A stretch of DNA of 64,000 nucleotides from Octopus bimaculoides. Lineage: Eukaryota. This document shows positions 37,706 to 51,735 of this stretch, in pieces. The translations under genes and the position numbers were made by a program. The DNA is taken from the NCBI RefSeq assembly GCF_001194135.2, contig NC_068982.1, positions 90,137,820-90,201,819 on the forward strand, read 5' to 3'. The notes under the pieces are model-generated. The model was not told the origin of the DNA. It worked only from the letters and a program-made list of their open reading frames with translations, and made no database searches. Position 1 is the stretch's first letter; each line of letters begins with the position of its first letter.

Positions 37706-40700
37706 ATTAAGAATTATAATATATGGTAATCGAATTCCTTGAAAAACTAATTACTTTTATCACATTATAAAAATGTCGGGGTTCTTTAAATTAATCTCGC
37801 ATTGGTTAATTCAAATACTAGATGCATGCTTGACGATTTTGCTGGAAATCTATTCCAAACAAAATCCAGCTAAAAGGAGGTAAGGAATGAAAACCTAGAT
37901 GGACAACATCGTTATACAATTTAGTTATTTGTCACTCTTCATAACGAAATTCTTTCACAGTTAAAAGCAGAGGACTTCCGAAGGTGCAATTAGAGCCCAA
38001 CTTACTAAGAGAACTGATTATTGAGTCCCTTTTACACGTAATACATTTTATGAACTATCTAGATATAATATTAATAGTAATACTTTATACCGTATATATC
38101 CTATTCCTCTCACAAATACATGAGGTATACGTGCAGAACATTTTGTACACATTTCCTCTTTTACAAGCTTTCCACAACACATACTTTTTTCGAATCTTAC
38201 TGTTAGAAACTCGTCTCTAATACAGTTGACTGTAATACATTAAAATTAGTTTCTTTTCACTTGGAAAATCTGTGAATACACGTAACATGCTATTCTCTCT
38301 AAACACGATCAATTTGTTTAGACATTAAAACATGCATTTCCAGGTGAAGTGATTGAATGTTCATCACTTTAAATTTAATAAACATTTTTTTTTCTTACCA
38401 TTCATTACACATTACCTCTTTCGAAATTTCATACCTTGCTATCATGAACTACCTGAGATAATTCCTGCAGGCCAATCAACATATATTAATTTGACCTATT
38501 ATCTAACTCAGAAAGTGACTAGCATCAGTCTTCTCCTTTTGACTCCAACGATCAACTGAGATTTTTACATAATCATTATACATGCATTTAATGTTGTATT
38601 TATTCAGTTCTACCTATTTATTTCTGTATTTCCTCATGTCTTCTGTTCTTACTTACATCACATTGCTGTTCATCTCTTATTTGCTTAAGTTCTGTTTCAT
38701 ACAGAACTGTCTGGAGATTGAAGTTTACATTTTGACTCACATATTGTCAATTCTATTATTAAGGCAGCACTGATAGCAAACTTACTTTGTGCCTAAAACA
38801 GTCGTAAATATAGCAGACGTTATCTTACTCAGTGACTTCAGTGTTAAACCAAAATTTATCCTCACTTCACATTTGGTTTCATTCAAGTGCCTTCATTTTT
38901 CAGGAGTGCATAATGTACATTCTAAAAACCTAGGGCTATTTATATTCTCACTTTTTTTAGCTAAGAAAAACAAATCGTTAATTTGAGCAAATTATTCTGA
39001 ACTTCAACTGTGACAAAGTTTTTTTAACAAATTGTTAGTATTCAAATTTTCCAAAATACTTATTGTATTTGAATTACTGACTTCCCAGATGACTATTTTG
39101 TGATAACTTGATTCATCTATTTTGTCCTGGGAAACATTCTGTATAAAGGTTCTCCTTTATTTATTTTAGACTCGAAGTAATCACAATCAGAAAGTAAACA
39201 TTGTTCTCCCGAATTAGGTAGATCTACGGTAACATCGTCATAAATTACAATACATTCACAAATGCATATGTAATTTTAACTATAAAGCTGGAAAATCTCG
39301 TGTAGAGCTAATTTACTAAAGAATGGAACCACTACGTTAAAATAACGGATTATTAAATGAGACGGTATTTAACCTAAGCTCACACTTTAGCCATGGAAAC
39401 TGGAATGGGAATTTATCAGCAGTCAGAAAATCAAAGGTTTAACAGTAAGAATCAAATACAAAGCTCTCTGATTTTTCTTCAATATTGTTAGGTTTATGCT
39501 TACAAGGATACACTGTATCTCAGCTATCCATATGAGTACACGAGTCCTTCAGATATATTTAAATTTTATGTAATGTTAAATTATCCATAAATTCAGATCT
39601 TGTCAATAAAGTCTGTTTAAAAACAATTTAAAGAACTACTATAAAAAGAAAGTAATGGATTATTTTGCTAAATATTGAAAACTAATGAACAGATTTGCTT
39701 TGTAAGATCAACTTTTAAAAGTAAATGTGGCTATAAATATACTCTTATGAAATAGTTAAACAAAACATTAATTACTTAATTTGATGTAAAAGAATATTAA
39801 GTTGAGTTACGTGTTCTCACGTTCTCTTATACGGAAGTGAGGCAATACCCAGGACATTTTCAGACCTTCCCAAACTGATAAAATCGATGCAGTTGATGCT
39901 TAATTTGAGTATCTTTTCGTAGATACCAGCAGAAAAAAAATCTGGGTAGCGAGAGAATTACAGAGAATTGCAATTATCGGAAAGAATAAACATGTATAGT
40001 AGTTAAAGCAAGTGAAACACAGTGAGGGCAATGGACGTTGGGGGATATGGGTGCGCCAGGAGAATTTAGGTGGAGAAGATATTCAGATAGCTTGTTTACA
40101 AGAGCATAGACCATTATAGGAGTGACAGAAACACAGACATGAATGTGAGTGTCTGAAATTTAGTGGTTCAAATAGGTTAGAGAAGGAAAATTAAACAATT
40201 AGATGAACGCTCTTGTTTTTGGTGTCTTATTGGATATTTTCATTTATGTATGTAGCAGTACACCGTTCTAGATATACTCCTATATTATTTGAGAAATGGT
40301 TATTTCCATTGCTATACCCATCTCAAGCTACTAGTTTATATTCTTCTATAAAAATAGTTAAAATAAATTTAATCTCTTGTACACATATTAGATGCTTGTA
40401 GTAAACATAGAAATCGAAATCTTCGAAGAATCACTTGTGAGAGAAGAAAGATCACGATTCAGTTTCATCACATATAGATTACATTAACCTTCTGAATGAT
40501 ACATTGCGAAGAAAGTTCGCTCTGTAAATAAGAAGACTGCATTCAGTTTCTAACTCGAAGAAACTCCGGAGATGCTAATGATTCTGATAGAGTTCAAGAA
40601 ATGTCCACTTACTGGTTATGTTATAATCTTAGTATTTTGAATAGAAGTGTGGAGAACGGTCCAGTAATTCTACTCCAATGACTATAAATGAGGTGTTGCA

Positions 40701-42669
40701 TGAAAAATAGAAGTCTAACTTTTTAAAGAAATGGAAATTAGGTTACAATGATGTAACAGATATTAAGAACGCTGGATTAAAAATCTTTGGATTGATATCG
40801 ATTGAGAAATTAAGAGCAATAAGCTTTTAAATGTGAATAGTTTATTCAGTGTAATAGGAAACGCTTGGTGCAAATGTAACAAGCCTGTTTCATTTAATTG
40901 ATTCATCGGGGTGAGAAGATATAACCTTACTGTCTTAAAGTGTTGCAGAAGTGGTTTTGAATGTCAAATGAATATTGAAATCAAATGTTGATGCGTTTAT
41001 TAATTTGTATTTTGCTGGTTTCAAATTAACATTTTATATATTTGCAAGATAAGGAATAGAAAAAGGGATTTGATTACTTTCAAATTAAACTATACCACTC
41101 TATTATCAGTACTGGATTTCATTTTGATGTTTTAATTAACTATCCGTGTTATGCACAGTGAGTTAACATTGGAAAATCAATAGCATTAGCAATTGCATTT
41201 TGAAAATTTAAAGTTATATTTGGAAAATAAAGAGCTGTAAGGTTCTTTTATTGAGATAATTAAAACTGTTCTGTATGAACAAAGATTGGATCCATAAGAC
41301 GTACACTAATCATTTCATCGAATTCCTTTATCTACATCACAGTTTGGTCTTTGTAAAGAAGAACGTTTGCAATTCTGGCAAGAAGCGTTTATTCTGAATA
41401 ATTCGAAACATTGTATTAACATTTCAAGAGCATATTTCCTTCATTGTCTATGGTGAAGATATTCTATAAAACGAATTGATTTTAATGACATTGATTTTAA
41501 TACTTTACTTTCAAATTTATTATTCGAGGTAAATTAAAGCCGAAGGAAACTAAGATTTTCAACCGGTTAAACGTTTCACTTTATATAATTGCAGTGGAGG
41601 ATGTGATTTGAATGTAACTTAAATTTTAGGAACTTATACACCCACAAAGGATTTTTATTCAAATATATAATAGATAGCTTTAAAGGTATTCGAGTCACTC
41701 AACTCAGTCTCTGTTTACTCGGCTCTCTTCATCTGTATGTCTATATTTATCTCTCTCTCTTTCTCTCTCACATACATACATAAACACATACATAAATATG
41801 TGTGTGTCTGTGAAAAAGGTAGAAGCAGGGAAATGAAAGCAATAGAGAGGGATATAAAGAGATATATTGATAGGTAAATATCTAATTCCTAGTCTCTGAC
41901 CTACAGATATACTGTTACTTCACGCTTTCTTTTCTTTTCTACAATGGTCTTTCCTCCTCTAATATAATGATCTCTGCTTCACAGTGATGGCTACATTCGC
42001 ACTTTCAACACTCAGGCCCCTCATTGTCACTCGTCTCTACACTTCCTAGGCTTTTCATGAACCCAATTACCATTTTTTTGTACTAACCACAATACCCAAA
42101 CCTTTCAACCTAGAATATTGTCTTTCTGGAATCTGGTCGTTCATTTCTTTCCTAAATTCGCAACAGTCTATACGGAACATTAACGATATGAGTTTCACTA
42201 GTCACGGAAATCTGCTAGGGATATTGGCTCATCTTGCATTGCTACAGGAACTTGAATCTCTGTTGGAATCGTAGGGGCACCGATGTGACATAGAGCTCAT
42301 ATTGGGCATATAAACCTATGGCGGCTTGCCTCTCACCTTATCTGGCATAGCGGTTTGCTCCTCAGAAAGGGACACTAAAAAAGAAGGAGAGGGCAAAAGA
42401 GGGAAGAATCAAATCTACTTTTGGACTGGTATTTGCTGACGCCGAAGAGTGAAAAGAAATTTTGACCTCGGTGAGAGAAAAAATACTACAGTTAATTTGG
42501 TCCGACGCTACACCGACTCAGATGGATTGAAACAGTGAAATAGAAACATAAATACCTCAACAAATAATGACATACGTAGTTAACCATATAAGTCTACGTA
42601 TCTGGGAGTAAGCGTGTCAATGCATGGACAATACATCTTGGAATACGGAAATCACTTGAAAGGTTACAA

Positions 42670-42723
<54 letters not shown>

Positions 42724-43544
42724 TTTCTTTTTTATATGTTCTTCTATGATGAGATTTCATTCAGTGGTCTTTTGTTAATTACAGTATTTCTCATATATAT
42801 ATTATAGCTATATAATTCTATTTTCTATCATTTATATCACAAACAAATATATTCTGACATGCGTTCACAACGATATATNNNNNNNNNNNNNNNNNNNNNN
42901 NNNNNNNNNNNNNNNNNNNNNNNNNNNNNNNNNNNNNNNNNNNNNNNNNNNNNNNNNNNNNNNNNNNNNNNNNNNNNNNNNNNNNNNNNNNNNNNNNNNN
43001 NNNNNNNNNNNNNNNNNNNNNNNNNNNNNNNNNNNNNNNNNNNNNNNNNNNNNNNNNNNNNNNNNNNNNNNNNNNNNNNNNNNNNNNNNNNNNNNNNNNN
43101 NNNNNNNNNNNNNNNNNNNNNNNNNNNNNNNNNNNNNNNNNNNNNNNNNNNNNNNNNNNNNNNNNNNNNNNNNNNNNNNNNNNNNNNNNNNNNNNNNNNN
43201 NNNNNNNNNNNNNNNNNNNNNNNNNNNNNNNNNNNNNNNNNNNNNNNNNNNNNNNNNNNNNNNNNNNNNNNNNNNNNNNNNNNNNNNNNNNNNNNNNNNN
43301 NNNNNNNNNNNNNNNNNNNNNNNNNNNNNNNNNNNNNNNNNNNNNNNNNNNNNNNNNNNNNNNNNNNNNNNNNNNNNNNNNNNNNNNNNNNNNNNNNNNN
43401 NNNNNNNNNNNNNNNNNNNNNNNNNNNNNNNNNNNNNNNNNNNNNNNNNNNNNNNNNNNNNNNNNNNNNNNNNNNNNNNNNNNNNNNNNNNNNNNNNNNN
43501 NNNNNNNNNNNNNNNNNNNNNNNNNNNNNNNNNNNNNNNNNNNN

Positions 43545-43576
<32 letters not shown>

Positions 43577-44601
43577 GTATACACATAAATGTGGGTGTCT
43601 GTGTGTGTATGCATGTGTGTATGTATATATGTATGGTTGTATATATACGTATATGTGTGTGCGTGTGTGCGTTATGAGGATGTGTGTATGTATGTATGTA
43701 TGCATGCATCCATGTATGTATGCTATTGCTTTAAGATTTGTTAATTGGTCTTTGCTTTGGAGACTTCAAACTGGTCACTAACACAGTGACGAGGCTGTTT
43801 TCTTCAAGACAAGACCGATTCTGGAGTTTGTGTTTATCGTGATTGTTTGATGGACGCATATATGTATATACTGTGCTCCCGTTTGTGCGTGCACTCACGT
43901 AGTGAATATGCGTGTCACGTTGATATATAACTCTGTTTGTGACTCATTATTTTACGTGCGTGCGTTTGTGTGCGTATTCTCTGTGTATTATATGACCAGG
44001 GCCTTCACACGGAGAACTATTTTACAAATTTCCACTTGTATACCTATGTTTGTATGTAAGTATGTAAATATGTAAATTCCAAAGACTGAAGAAGTGTTAT
44101 TTTCTTCTTGATGTTTCACGGACAAGGACTTGAGATAATTGACAGGTTAAATATTGTTGATATAGGAGAGATTTCTTTTTTAAATCTGTCAATATTTTTA
44201 AGAAGCTTCAGTTAATATTTGGACTAACTTGAAATTATACCATCCCGTAGAATGCAGTCGTGGTAAGAAACATATGGACGATATATTTAGAATAGCTTAA
44301 TACGATTTGGTGGAAAAATATAATTATTGGTGTGTGATTGAGGTGACTTTATGAAAAGTTGGCAGAGAAGTAGAAATTACAGACAATTAAACATCTATTA
44401 TCGTGAGAGTAGGAGAAATATTGGAGTGAAAGGGAGAGAGATAAAGAGAGAAAGTGCGAGGGAAAATAAGACTGAAAAAGAAGCGGAGTAAGGGAAATAA
44501 AAGTTTGGTACAGCGTAACACATCAGTGCTTCTCAAGTCTAGAACTAAATTGATATCCGATTAGTGAAACAATCTTCAATATCCAATATCTACGAGGCAT
44601 T

Positions 44602-44683
<82 letters not shown>

Positions 44684-44689
44684 ATATAT

Positions 44690-45031
44690 AGCTTGTAGAG
44701 AAATTATTAGTATATGACTTAACTTATTCAACAAAGTTCAACAAATTCATTCATATTTATGTAATGAAGGAGATTGGATGTTAAAACGATTATAGTTTTT
44801 ATTTTTCAGATTGCTATACAATTGTTTCATACAAATTGACCCAGATATTCATAATTGGCTATCATAAATGAATATCTGGGTCCATACGTATGAAACACTT
44901 GTATAGAAATATGAAAAATAAGAACTATAATCCATTTTAACATCCAATCTCCTTCATTATATAAATATGAATGAATTTGTTGAACTTTGTTTAATAAGTT
45001 AAGTCATATACTAATAATTTCAATACAAGCT
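44690..45031. mobile_element. 342-bp fold-back (palindromic) element
   Basis: Arms 44690-44852 and 44868-45031 are about 92% reverse-complementary by manual alignment, with a 15-nt loop. Confidence 0.85.
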
Positions 45032-45372
45032 TTCATATCTATACGATTTTTTTTTATAAAATCAATCGAAAGTAAAGTATGAAGAAAAGACATTAGAAAT
45101 TTTAGGAAAAATTTCCAATTAAAAGATGAACATACATTCATCCGATGATATATACATATATATTATTATTGTTATTATTTGTCAAATTGTGCGATTATAT
45201 ACCAGTTTGAATATTCCAAATGCTTATTTTGTCCCATGTTTGACAAGAAATCCCTGACATTTAAAAATGAAAAACTTCCTGGCAAACAAATATTTCCTGA
45301 TGAAATATAGATGATGGTAACTTGAAGCTAAGAGAAATAATGGAATATTTTCAAACAACCAAACATTATAAA

Positions 45373-45410
<38 letters not shown>

Positions 45411-46444
45411 ATCCGTGCGTGCGCGTGCGCGCGCGCACTAAAATGTAGATGTTTCTTGCATGATAACAATGAAACAAACAATGACATCATTAAAATGCTT
45501 CTGCAAAAAAAAAAAAAAAACTTTCGGAATTAATCACGTGCTTAAAATATGAAGTGATATATGACTAGATATGAAAACAAATTCAATGAACCTCGATGAA
45601 AGCAGATAGATGGCTCTCGTATATAATCATATAACCATGCTGAACTATAAATACTGACTGACTGACATGCTGATCAACAGACATGGAGACATATTGAAAA
45701 CTATGCACACATATAGTGTAAGAAACAAAGACATCATGCATAAATAAATAAAACTAAAAGGATGCATAAATTGACAGATTACATTCATACATATGTAGAT
45801 AATATCCTTCTTAAATATGGATGTATATTAGAGCTAGAAGCTATTCTGCATTTCCTATTCCTTTCCTTTCTACTTCGCCCTTTGTCTAAACTAGTCATTT
45901 CTTTGTCTAAATGATTTAGAAAAAATATTCTTTTTAAAAAGCTCTTCGTGTCATTTCCAGCAAAATTTATCATATGTCAATGCAGGCGATATACAGCCAT
46001 GCCATAAATAATGATAAGAATCTTTTCTACATCAACTGTAATATCAAGCCAACAATGAAAATAACTACAGATGGTTTATGCATCAACAAATAAATAAAGA
46101 GTACATGATAGACATATACATTCCTTAAAATTGAATAATATTATAGGGAAGTATATAAATTACGCAACTACATGAATTATAGGAAACAGTAGTAGATAAT
46201 TCTTCAATTAATATGAAAACCTTTACATATGTCTATCTCAGATTTCCTCCTGAACTAATTTATTTCCGAAAAAAAAACACATAACCTTTCCTGGTAAATC
46301 AGGGAGGCGAACAGACATAACACCTTAAATGCTACAAGCACATACACACACACACACAAAGTTTTGATATATGTGTGTGCGTGTATGTGTGTGTGAGTGT
46401 GTATGTGTGTGTGCGTGTGTAATGAAAGTATAGATACAAATATA

Positions 46445-47381
46445 TCTATATATATATAATTATTTGCCTCTCTGTCTGTCTGTTCCGTATGCATTCTGAA
46501 ACGGCTCGACCAAATCAAATTTTACAAATTGTGAATGTCAACATGTACATTTTTTTCCATTTGGATTAAAACAATATAACATCTGCTTTACGTGAAACAG
46601 ACTACGTACAAATTCGTTTTTCACAAATCCTGGAGCTACTTTCAGATATGATCTATCCCATTCTTATGAAAATGACAATTTTGTCCAAATTGTCCAAATA
46701 TTTAGTCGCTAAACTCAAATTGTCGTTTCTGCAAAGGTTTAAAATTTCCAAATGAAATTAATGGCTTGTCCTACTCCTGGAGGTATGGTAATGTTGTCAG
46801 CATGCTAGCTCCTACTCAACTTCTTATGGATCTTCTGGAAGGCCCTTCCATCCAGTCAAAGGATTTTCTGAATAATATCACGCAATACAATTCTGAATTT
46901 CAAATAACATCGTTTGGTGTATCTTAGGAGATAGTCGAACATGGATTTACGCCGATGTTCAAAGTTCAAGAGCAAGTCTATCACCTTATTGGTTCCCCGT
47001 TACCAATAAATGAACAACCGGTTCCACCAAATTTACTTTATGAGTGATGTAGGACAACAAATCCGAAGGAAGTGTCAAAATTTCAGGCAATGAGTCGTGT
47101 TAGACGCAGCGCCGACTGCCGCAAAGGAGAGTATATCCACTGATAGCTTTTCAGTGCGTTCAAAAATCACATACCCACCACTCCAATTTTCATGTAAGGT
47201 TAGGACCTGGAATAATCCAAACAGACGCATGGTATGTCGCTTAGTCAAATTAGCCCATAATTTGCTCCACAAATGTTTAGTCGCAAATGCTGCACTTTCC
47301 AGTATCACCTGTTAACATAATTGTAATGTATATACAAACTATGCCATTTTAATCCAGAGCAACGCCAGGTATCTTTGCTAG
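46445..47381 (+). mobile_element. Non-autonomous Helitron with a decayed Rep N-terminal fragment
   Basis: 5' A|TCTATATATATATAA...(GTCT)n...CCGTATGCATTC...AAACGGCT. Peptides CRFCKGLKFPNE, SKDFLNNITQYNSEFQITSFG and HGFTPMFKVQEQVYHLIGS (46721-47005). 3' degenerate hairpin CCAGAGCAACGCCAGG followed by CTAG (47378-47381). Confidence 0.8.
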
Positions 47382-48110
47382 CTTCCCAATAAACTTTCTT
47401 AATATTCATGACCAGACAATTCTATATCCTAGAATCTGCCATTGCACCAAAGATTATATCTGATGCAAAAGTTCAGAGCTTTTGTTAAAAATGCATTTTT
47501 AATAAAATTGTAGAAGAATCTCCACAAACAATTGATTAAATATTTTGGCAAATTAACAATTTCTATCATCTTTAGCACTAACTCCAGAGAAGTACCCTAA
47601 AGTCATCAGGAAATAAACAGTCGTAAATCAATTTACAATATTACCAACAACAACAACAATGAAAATGTATGTGTATAGGGAGTCGTAACTTTAGAAGACC
47701 AGCGGTTGCAAAATAATCAATTTGAGAAAAAAGAGACTGACAATTTCTAATCGTAACAAGAAAACCGAACCATTAAAATAAAGCAAATAGGAGAATAGTA
47801 TTCGGCCAACTGATAATATCATTCCCCTATTTCTCATATCAATTCATCTTCTAAATTATAACGTGTAGGCGTTTCGGGTTTATGAGAAGTCGTGTGTAAG
47901 CTGTGCTCACACATCTCTTGTACTGTATTTTTATATCGCCTGTCTTTAACATAAAATATGCCGACTGCATATCTCAGAAAGAAATATCGTAACGATTTTG
48001 TAAATATGGGACATGTTCTTGTATTTATAACTCTAACAAAAGGCATTTGTTAACTATTGCGATGATTACACACACACATATGTATGTATATGTGTGTGTG
48101 TGTGTGTGTG

Positions 48111-48280
48111 TTTGTGAAATATAACGCGTCTTGAATAACACAACAATACAGAGTGGACTATAAATAACTGTTATAATTTAATTATCCATAGTCTGATATA
48201 ATATTGATAATTAAATTATAACAGTTATTATAGTCCACTCTGCATTGTCGTGTCATTCAAGACACGTTATATTTTACAAA
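48111..48280. mobile_element. 170-bp fold-back element
   Basis: Arms 48111-48186 and 48206-48280 pair with 5 substitutions and 1 bulge; 19-nt loop. Confidence 0.85.
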
Positions 48281-48562
48281 TAATACACAATCAAGCGAAC
48301 CAATACTCTCCTGTATATATATATATATATATATACAATATTTAGCTAACCAATTCATGCGTGGAAGCATGGATAAACTTATAACTCATTACAATATATA
48401 TATATTAAAGTGACATTGGAAAAGATATTATATAACGAACCTCCTTCGCTTACTGGCTGTTTCTGCTATAAGATGCACTACACTCAGTTTAATGCTTCTT
48501 CATCACCCTATAGCTTCATCGGGACTTAATACATGATGTGCAATTACATTTGGGAAAGCATT

Positions 48563-49120
48563 TACAGTAATGCCTCACCTTACGAGGGTTTGGTTTACGA
48601 GACCCCGCTTTAAAATTTTTCAAGTTCAAGATCCAAATTTTGAACGTTATGTAAAAATTTTTACTATCATAACAAATACTTCTTCGTGTTACCGAGAAAT
48701 TTAGAGCGAGCGAAAAAATGCTTTTTCTAAGTAATGAAATCTAGACTTGTTTTTTTAAAAAGAAATCTACAAGTCTGTCTACGCGTGCTTGTGAATCGGC
48801 GATCGCTTCTACAAGTGATGATGTGCACCAGTGTAGTGCGAGTGAAAGTGATTCAGAAAACGATTATAGTAATAATGTATTCTATTATAAATGATCATGA
48901 CCGTCTTTTTACTTTACATAAAATATTCTATAAACTCTACTGTTCTTTTATTGCAATTTATTTACGGGTATTATGAATTTTATAGGTAAAATATTTTTCT
49001 GGGAACGAATTACGATTTATAACATTGCTACTGTGGGAAATTATCGCTCTGCTTTACGAGTTTTCGCTTTCGGAGCGGTCTCCGGGAGCAAAATAACTCG
49101 TATATCGAAGCGTTACTGTA
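48563..49120 (+). mobile_element. Tigger/pogo-type MITE (Tc1/mariner superfamily)
   Basis: TIRs TA-CAGTAATGCCTCACCTTACGAG and CTCGTATATCGAAGCGTTACTG-TA; TA flanks; 558 bp; no intact ORF. Confidence 0.7.
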
Positions 49121-49132
49121 CATTTATCGTCG

Positions 49133-49398
49133 TGGCACTCCGGCGGTTACGACGACCAGGGTTCCAGCCTGCTCGTGAAATTAACGTGCAAGTGGCTGAG
49201 CACTCCACAGACACGTGGACCCTTAACGTCGTTCTTGGGGAGATTCAGCGTGACACAGAGTGTGACAAAGCTGGCCCTTTGAAATACAGGTACAGCAGAA
49301 ACAGGAAGAAAGAGTGAGAGAAAGTTGTGGTGAGAGAGTACAGCAGGGTTCGACACCACCCCCTGCCGGAGCTTCGCGGAGCTTTAGCTGTTTTCGCC
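49133..49398 (-). repeat. Dispersed repeat family C, longer and less diverged copy
   Basis: GC-rich block matching 24345-24470 in reverse orientation. The ORFs at 48973-49454 overlap this repeat. Confidence 0.65.
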
Positions 49399-49566
49399 CC
49401 TCTCTTTTCATATGTATATCCTCTACGAGCATTCACTAAATGTACATTCAGCATTACTGTTTAAACAAGCCCTGTGTCTAAAACACAAGGCTGCCCCTAT
49501 GAAATCGACTCGAGAATACCTCTAGTCGTGTTGGCTCGCTCTTTCGAACTTACAAGGTGCACTTAC

Positions 49567-49629
49567 TGGTCTTCTCATCACGGCCGTCACCAGCACAGGG
49601 ATAAAATACAGCTTAAAGCGTAAAGCTGC
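49567..49629 (-). CDS. Candidate 63-nt exon (AALRFKLYFIPVLVTAVMRRP, or a 5' exon ending in ATG-RRP)
   Basis: Minus strand CTTACTGATAGTATTTTTACAG acceptor and GTAAGT donor; only phase 0 is open. Confidence 0.2.
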
Positions 49630-49829
49630 CTGTAAAAATACTATCAGTAAGATGCCACGATCTTATCCTTTTACATAGAGAGAAGTAAATTCACTGGCAG
49701 CGTGTGTTAACCAAAATAACTAAAGTTATACAGTGACTAACGTTTGTGTGTGTCACTATGAGTTGTGAACAATAACGCATGCCTACTTAAGACTTACATT
49801 CAATTTCATTGTATACGTAGATCATTTTT

Positions 49830-50130
49830 GTTTTTTCTTAAGTTCTAGGCTTCATAAGGCCGGAACCCCAGTTTCTATCATATAAATGACCGGTCGGAAT
49901 CACAACGACCACACTTAACAGGATGTTGGTCCGTTTCAGAATTGAAGGCCAATAAATTTCGAGAAGAGAAGCAACTCGATTATATCAACCCTTGTGCTTA
50001 ACTGGCACTTTTTTTTTACCGCTGTCCAGTGGATGTAAGTCAAAGTTGGTTTCAGCGTTATTTGAACTTAAAAAATTTAAAGAAACAGAAGAAATGCCGC
50101 AATGTGTTCAAATAATTCTACCAGCCTGCT
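49830..50130 (-). mobile_element. SINE family A with an extra internal segment near its 3' end
   Basis: CAACTCGATTATATCAACC...AACTGGCAC...ATTTGAACTT...TTCTACCAGCCTGCTGCC, the reverse complement of family A. Confidence 0.55.
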
Positions 50131-50248
50131 GCCAGGAGGTTATACAATTGAACAGATATGCAAATCTGTAGAAATGGAGCCTGTTACTCGTAGCATTTTT
50201 TTTTTATAAGTAGCAATAAGCTACTCTCTCTCTCTCTCTCTCTCGCTT

Positions 50249-50279
<31 letters not shown>

Positions 50280-50400
50280 AACTACTTGTACTCTCTGCAA
50301 GAAGATTACGAGTAGACACTGTTTATATAACAACGATGACAAGTTGTAATTCGTACAAATATTGCCGGCTTCATCTTGCAGAGCGATACACGCACACCCT

Positions 50401-50456
<56 letters not shown>

Positions 50457-51069
50457 AAGGTGAAAGACAGAGAGACGGAGAGAAAGGACGAGGAACTAAG
50501 GGAGAGCAACATTTGTGTTTTAAGCATAGATTATATCTATACAGTTTGGCTGAGTGCATATCAATTCAAGCTACACATATCACATTAACAGTTGACTCTC
50601 ATAAACTCATATTGCCCCACTGTTTTTATTTATAAGTATATTAGTATGTATGTGTATGTATATATATATATATATGCGTTTGATAAAATACAGAAAATAT
50701 ATATCGCATTACATGGGTTATAAAACACATGTTTCTTCAACTTGCTGTCAGTATTACATACATGCTTGTTGAAACATTATATAATATAAAATATCTCTTC
50801 AGTGTTTAGTGTTTGTGTCAGTGTTTGTGTGAGTGATTGTATGTGTGTGTGGGTGTGTGTATAGTAACAAAATATTTGAACTAACCTTGGTTTTCTTGAA
50901 CTCCAGATAGTCTCTGTTTCGATCTTTCATTTTTGCGTAAACTCATTTTGGCGCGAGATACTGAATTGTTGTCCTGTACTGATACAGCGTCGTACTGCAA
51001 ATAGAGAAAAACATAAACTATTGAATTTGAAGAATTTCTTCTCTGGAACAGTAATAATTCATATTTTAT

Positions 51070-51290
51070 AATGATGGTTTTTGATTTAGACACAACGTCA
51101 GCAAATTTGACGGGAGGGTTTTAGTTGAGATAACCTCGACCTTAATGCTTAAGAGGTATTTTGATTTATCGATCCAAAAAGAATTAAAGGCAAATAGACA
51201 GCAGTTGGAATTGGACTGAGAACGTAAAAATTCCAAAAAAATGCCTTCAGGTGGTTCGTTTGACGTTATAACGATTCAATCAGCTGGGAA
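51070..51290 (-). mobile_element. SINE family A, diverged
   Basis: TTTAGACACAACGTCAGC...GATTTATCGATCC...GAGAACGTAAA...ACGATTC. Confidence 0.6.
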
Positions 51291-51687
51291 AGAACCAAAA
51301 GAATTTCACATTTTTCCAAAGATGAAAACAGTGTTTCATCAATAGTTGAATCTTCAACGACAGTTGCATGTTAAAGGCAATTGGAAGACAAAATGTATCC
51401 CCAATTCTCACGGAAACTTTTACGCCCCAAAAATCCCATTCTCCGTTAAAAGTTTTAAATATTTATTATTTTCGTCTTTCAAACTTAATTCTCTCAACGT
51501 TCTACTAAGAATGTAAGAAGTAAGAATGGAACATGTTTTCTAAAAAGTAATATTTTACTATCTTCTTCGCTGTATTTAGATTTCTCGCTATAGTAAATAT
51601 ATTTTGAATTACATGGAGTGCATTCCATTTACACACATACACACACACACGCACACACACACACTCTCACACACACACACACATGTA

Positions 51688-51735
<48 letters not shown>

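Noticed and set aside
39391-39570. Two plus-strand exon candidates (PWKLEWEFISSQKIKGLT and VYAYKDTLYLSYPYEYTSPSDIFKFY)
   Set aside because: The intron between them would be only 47 nt, and no homology is recognised.
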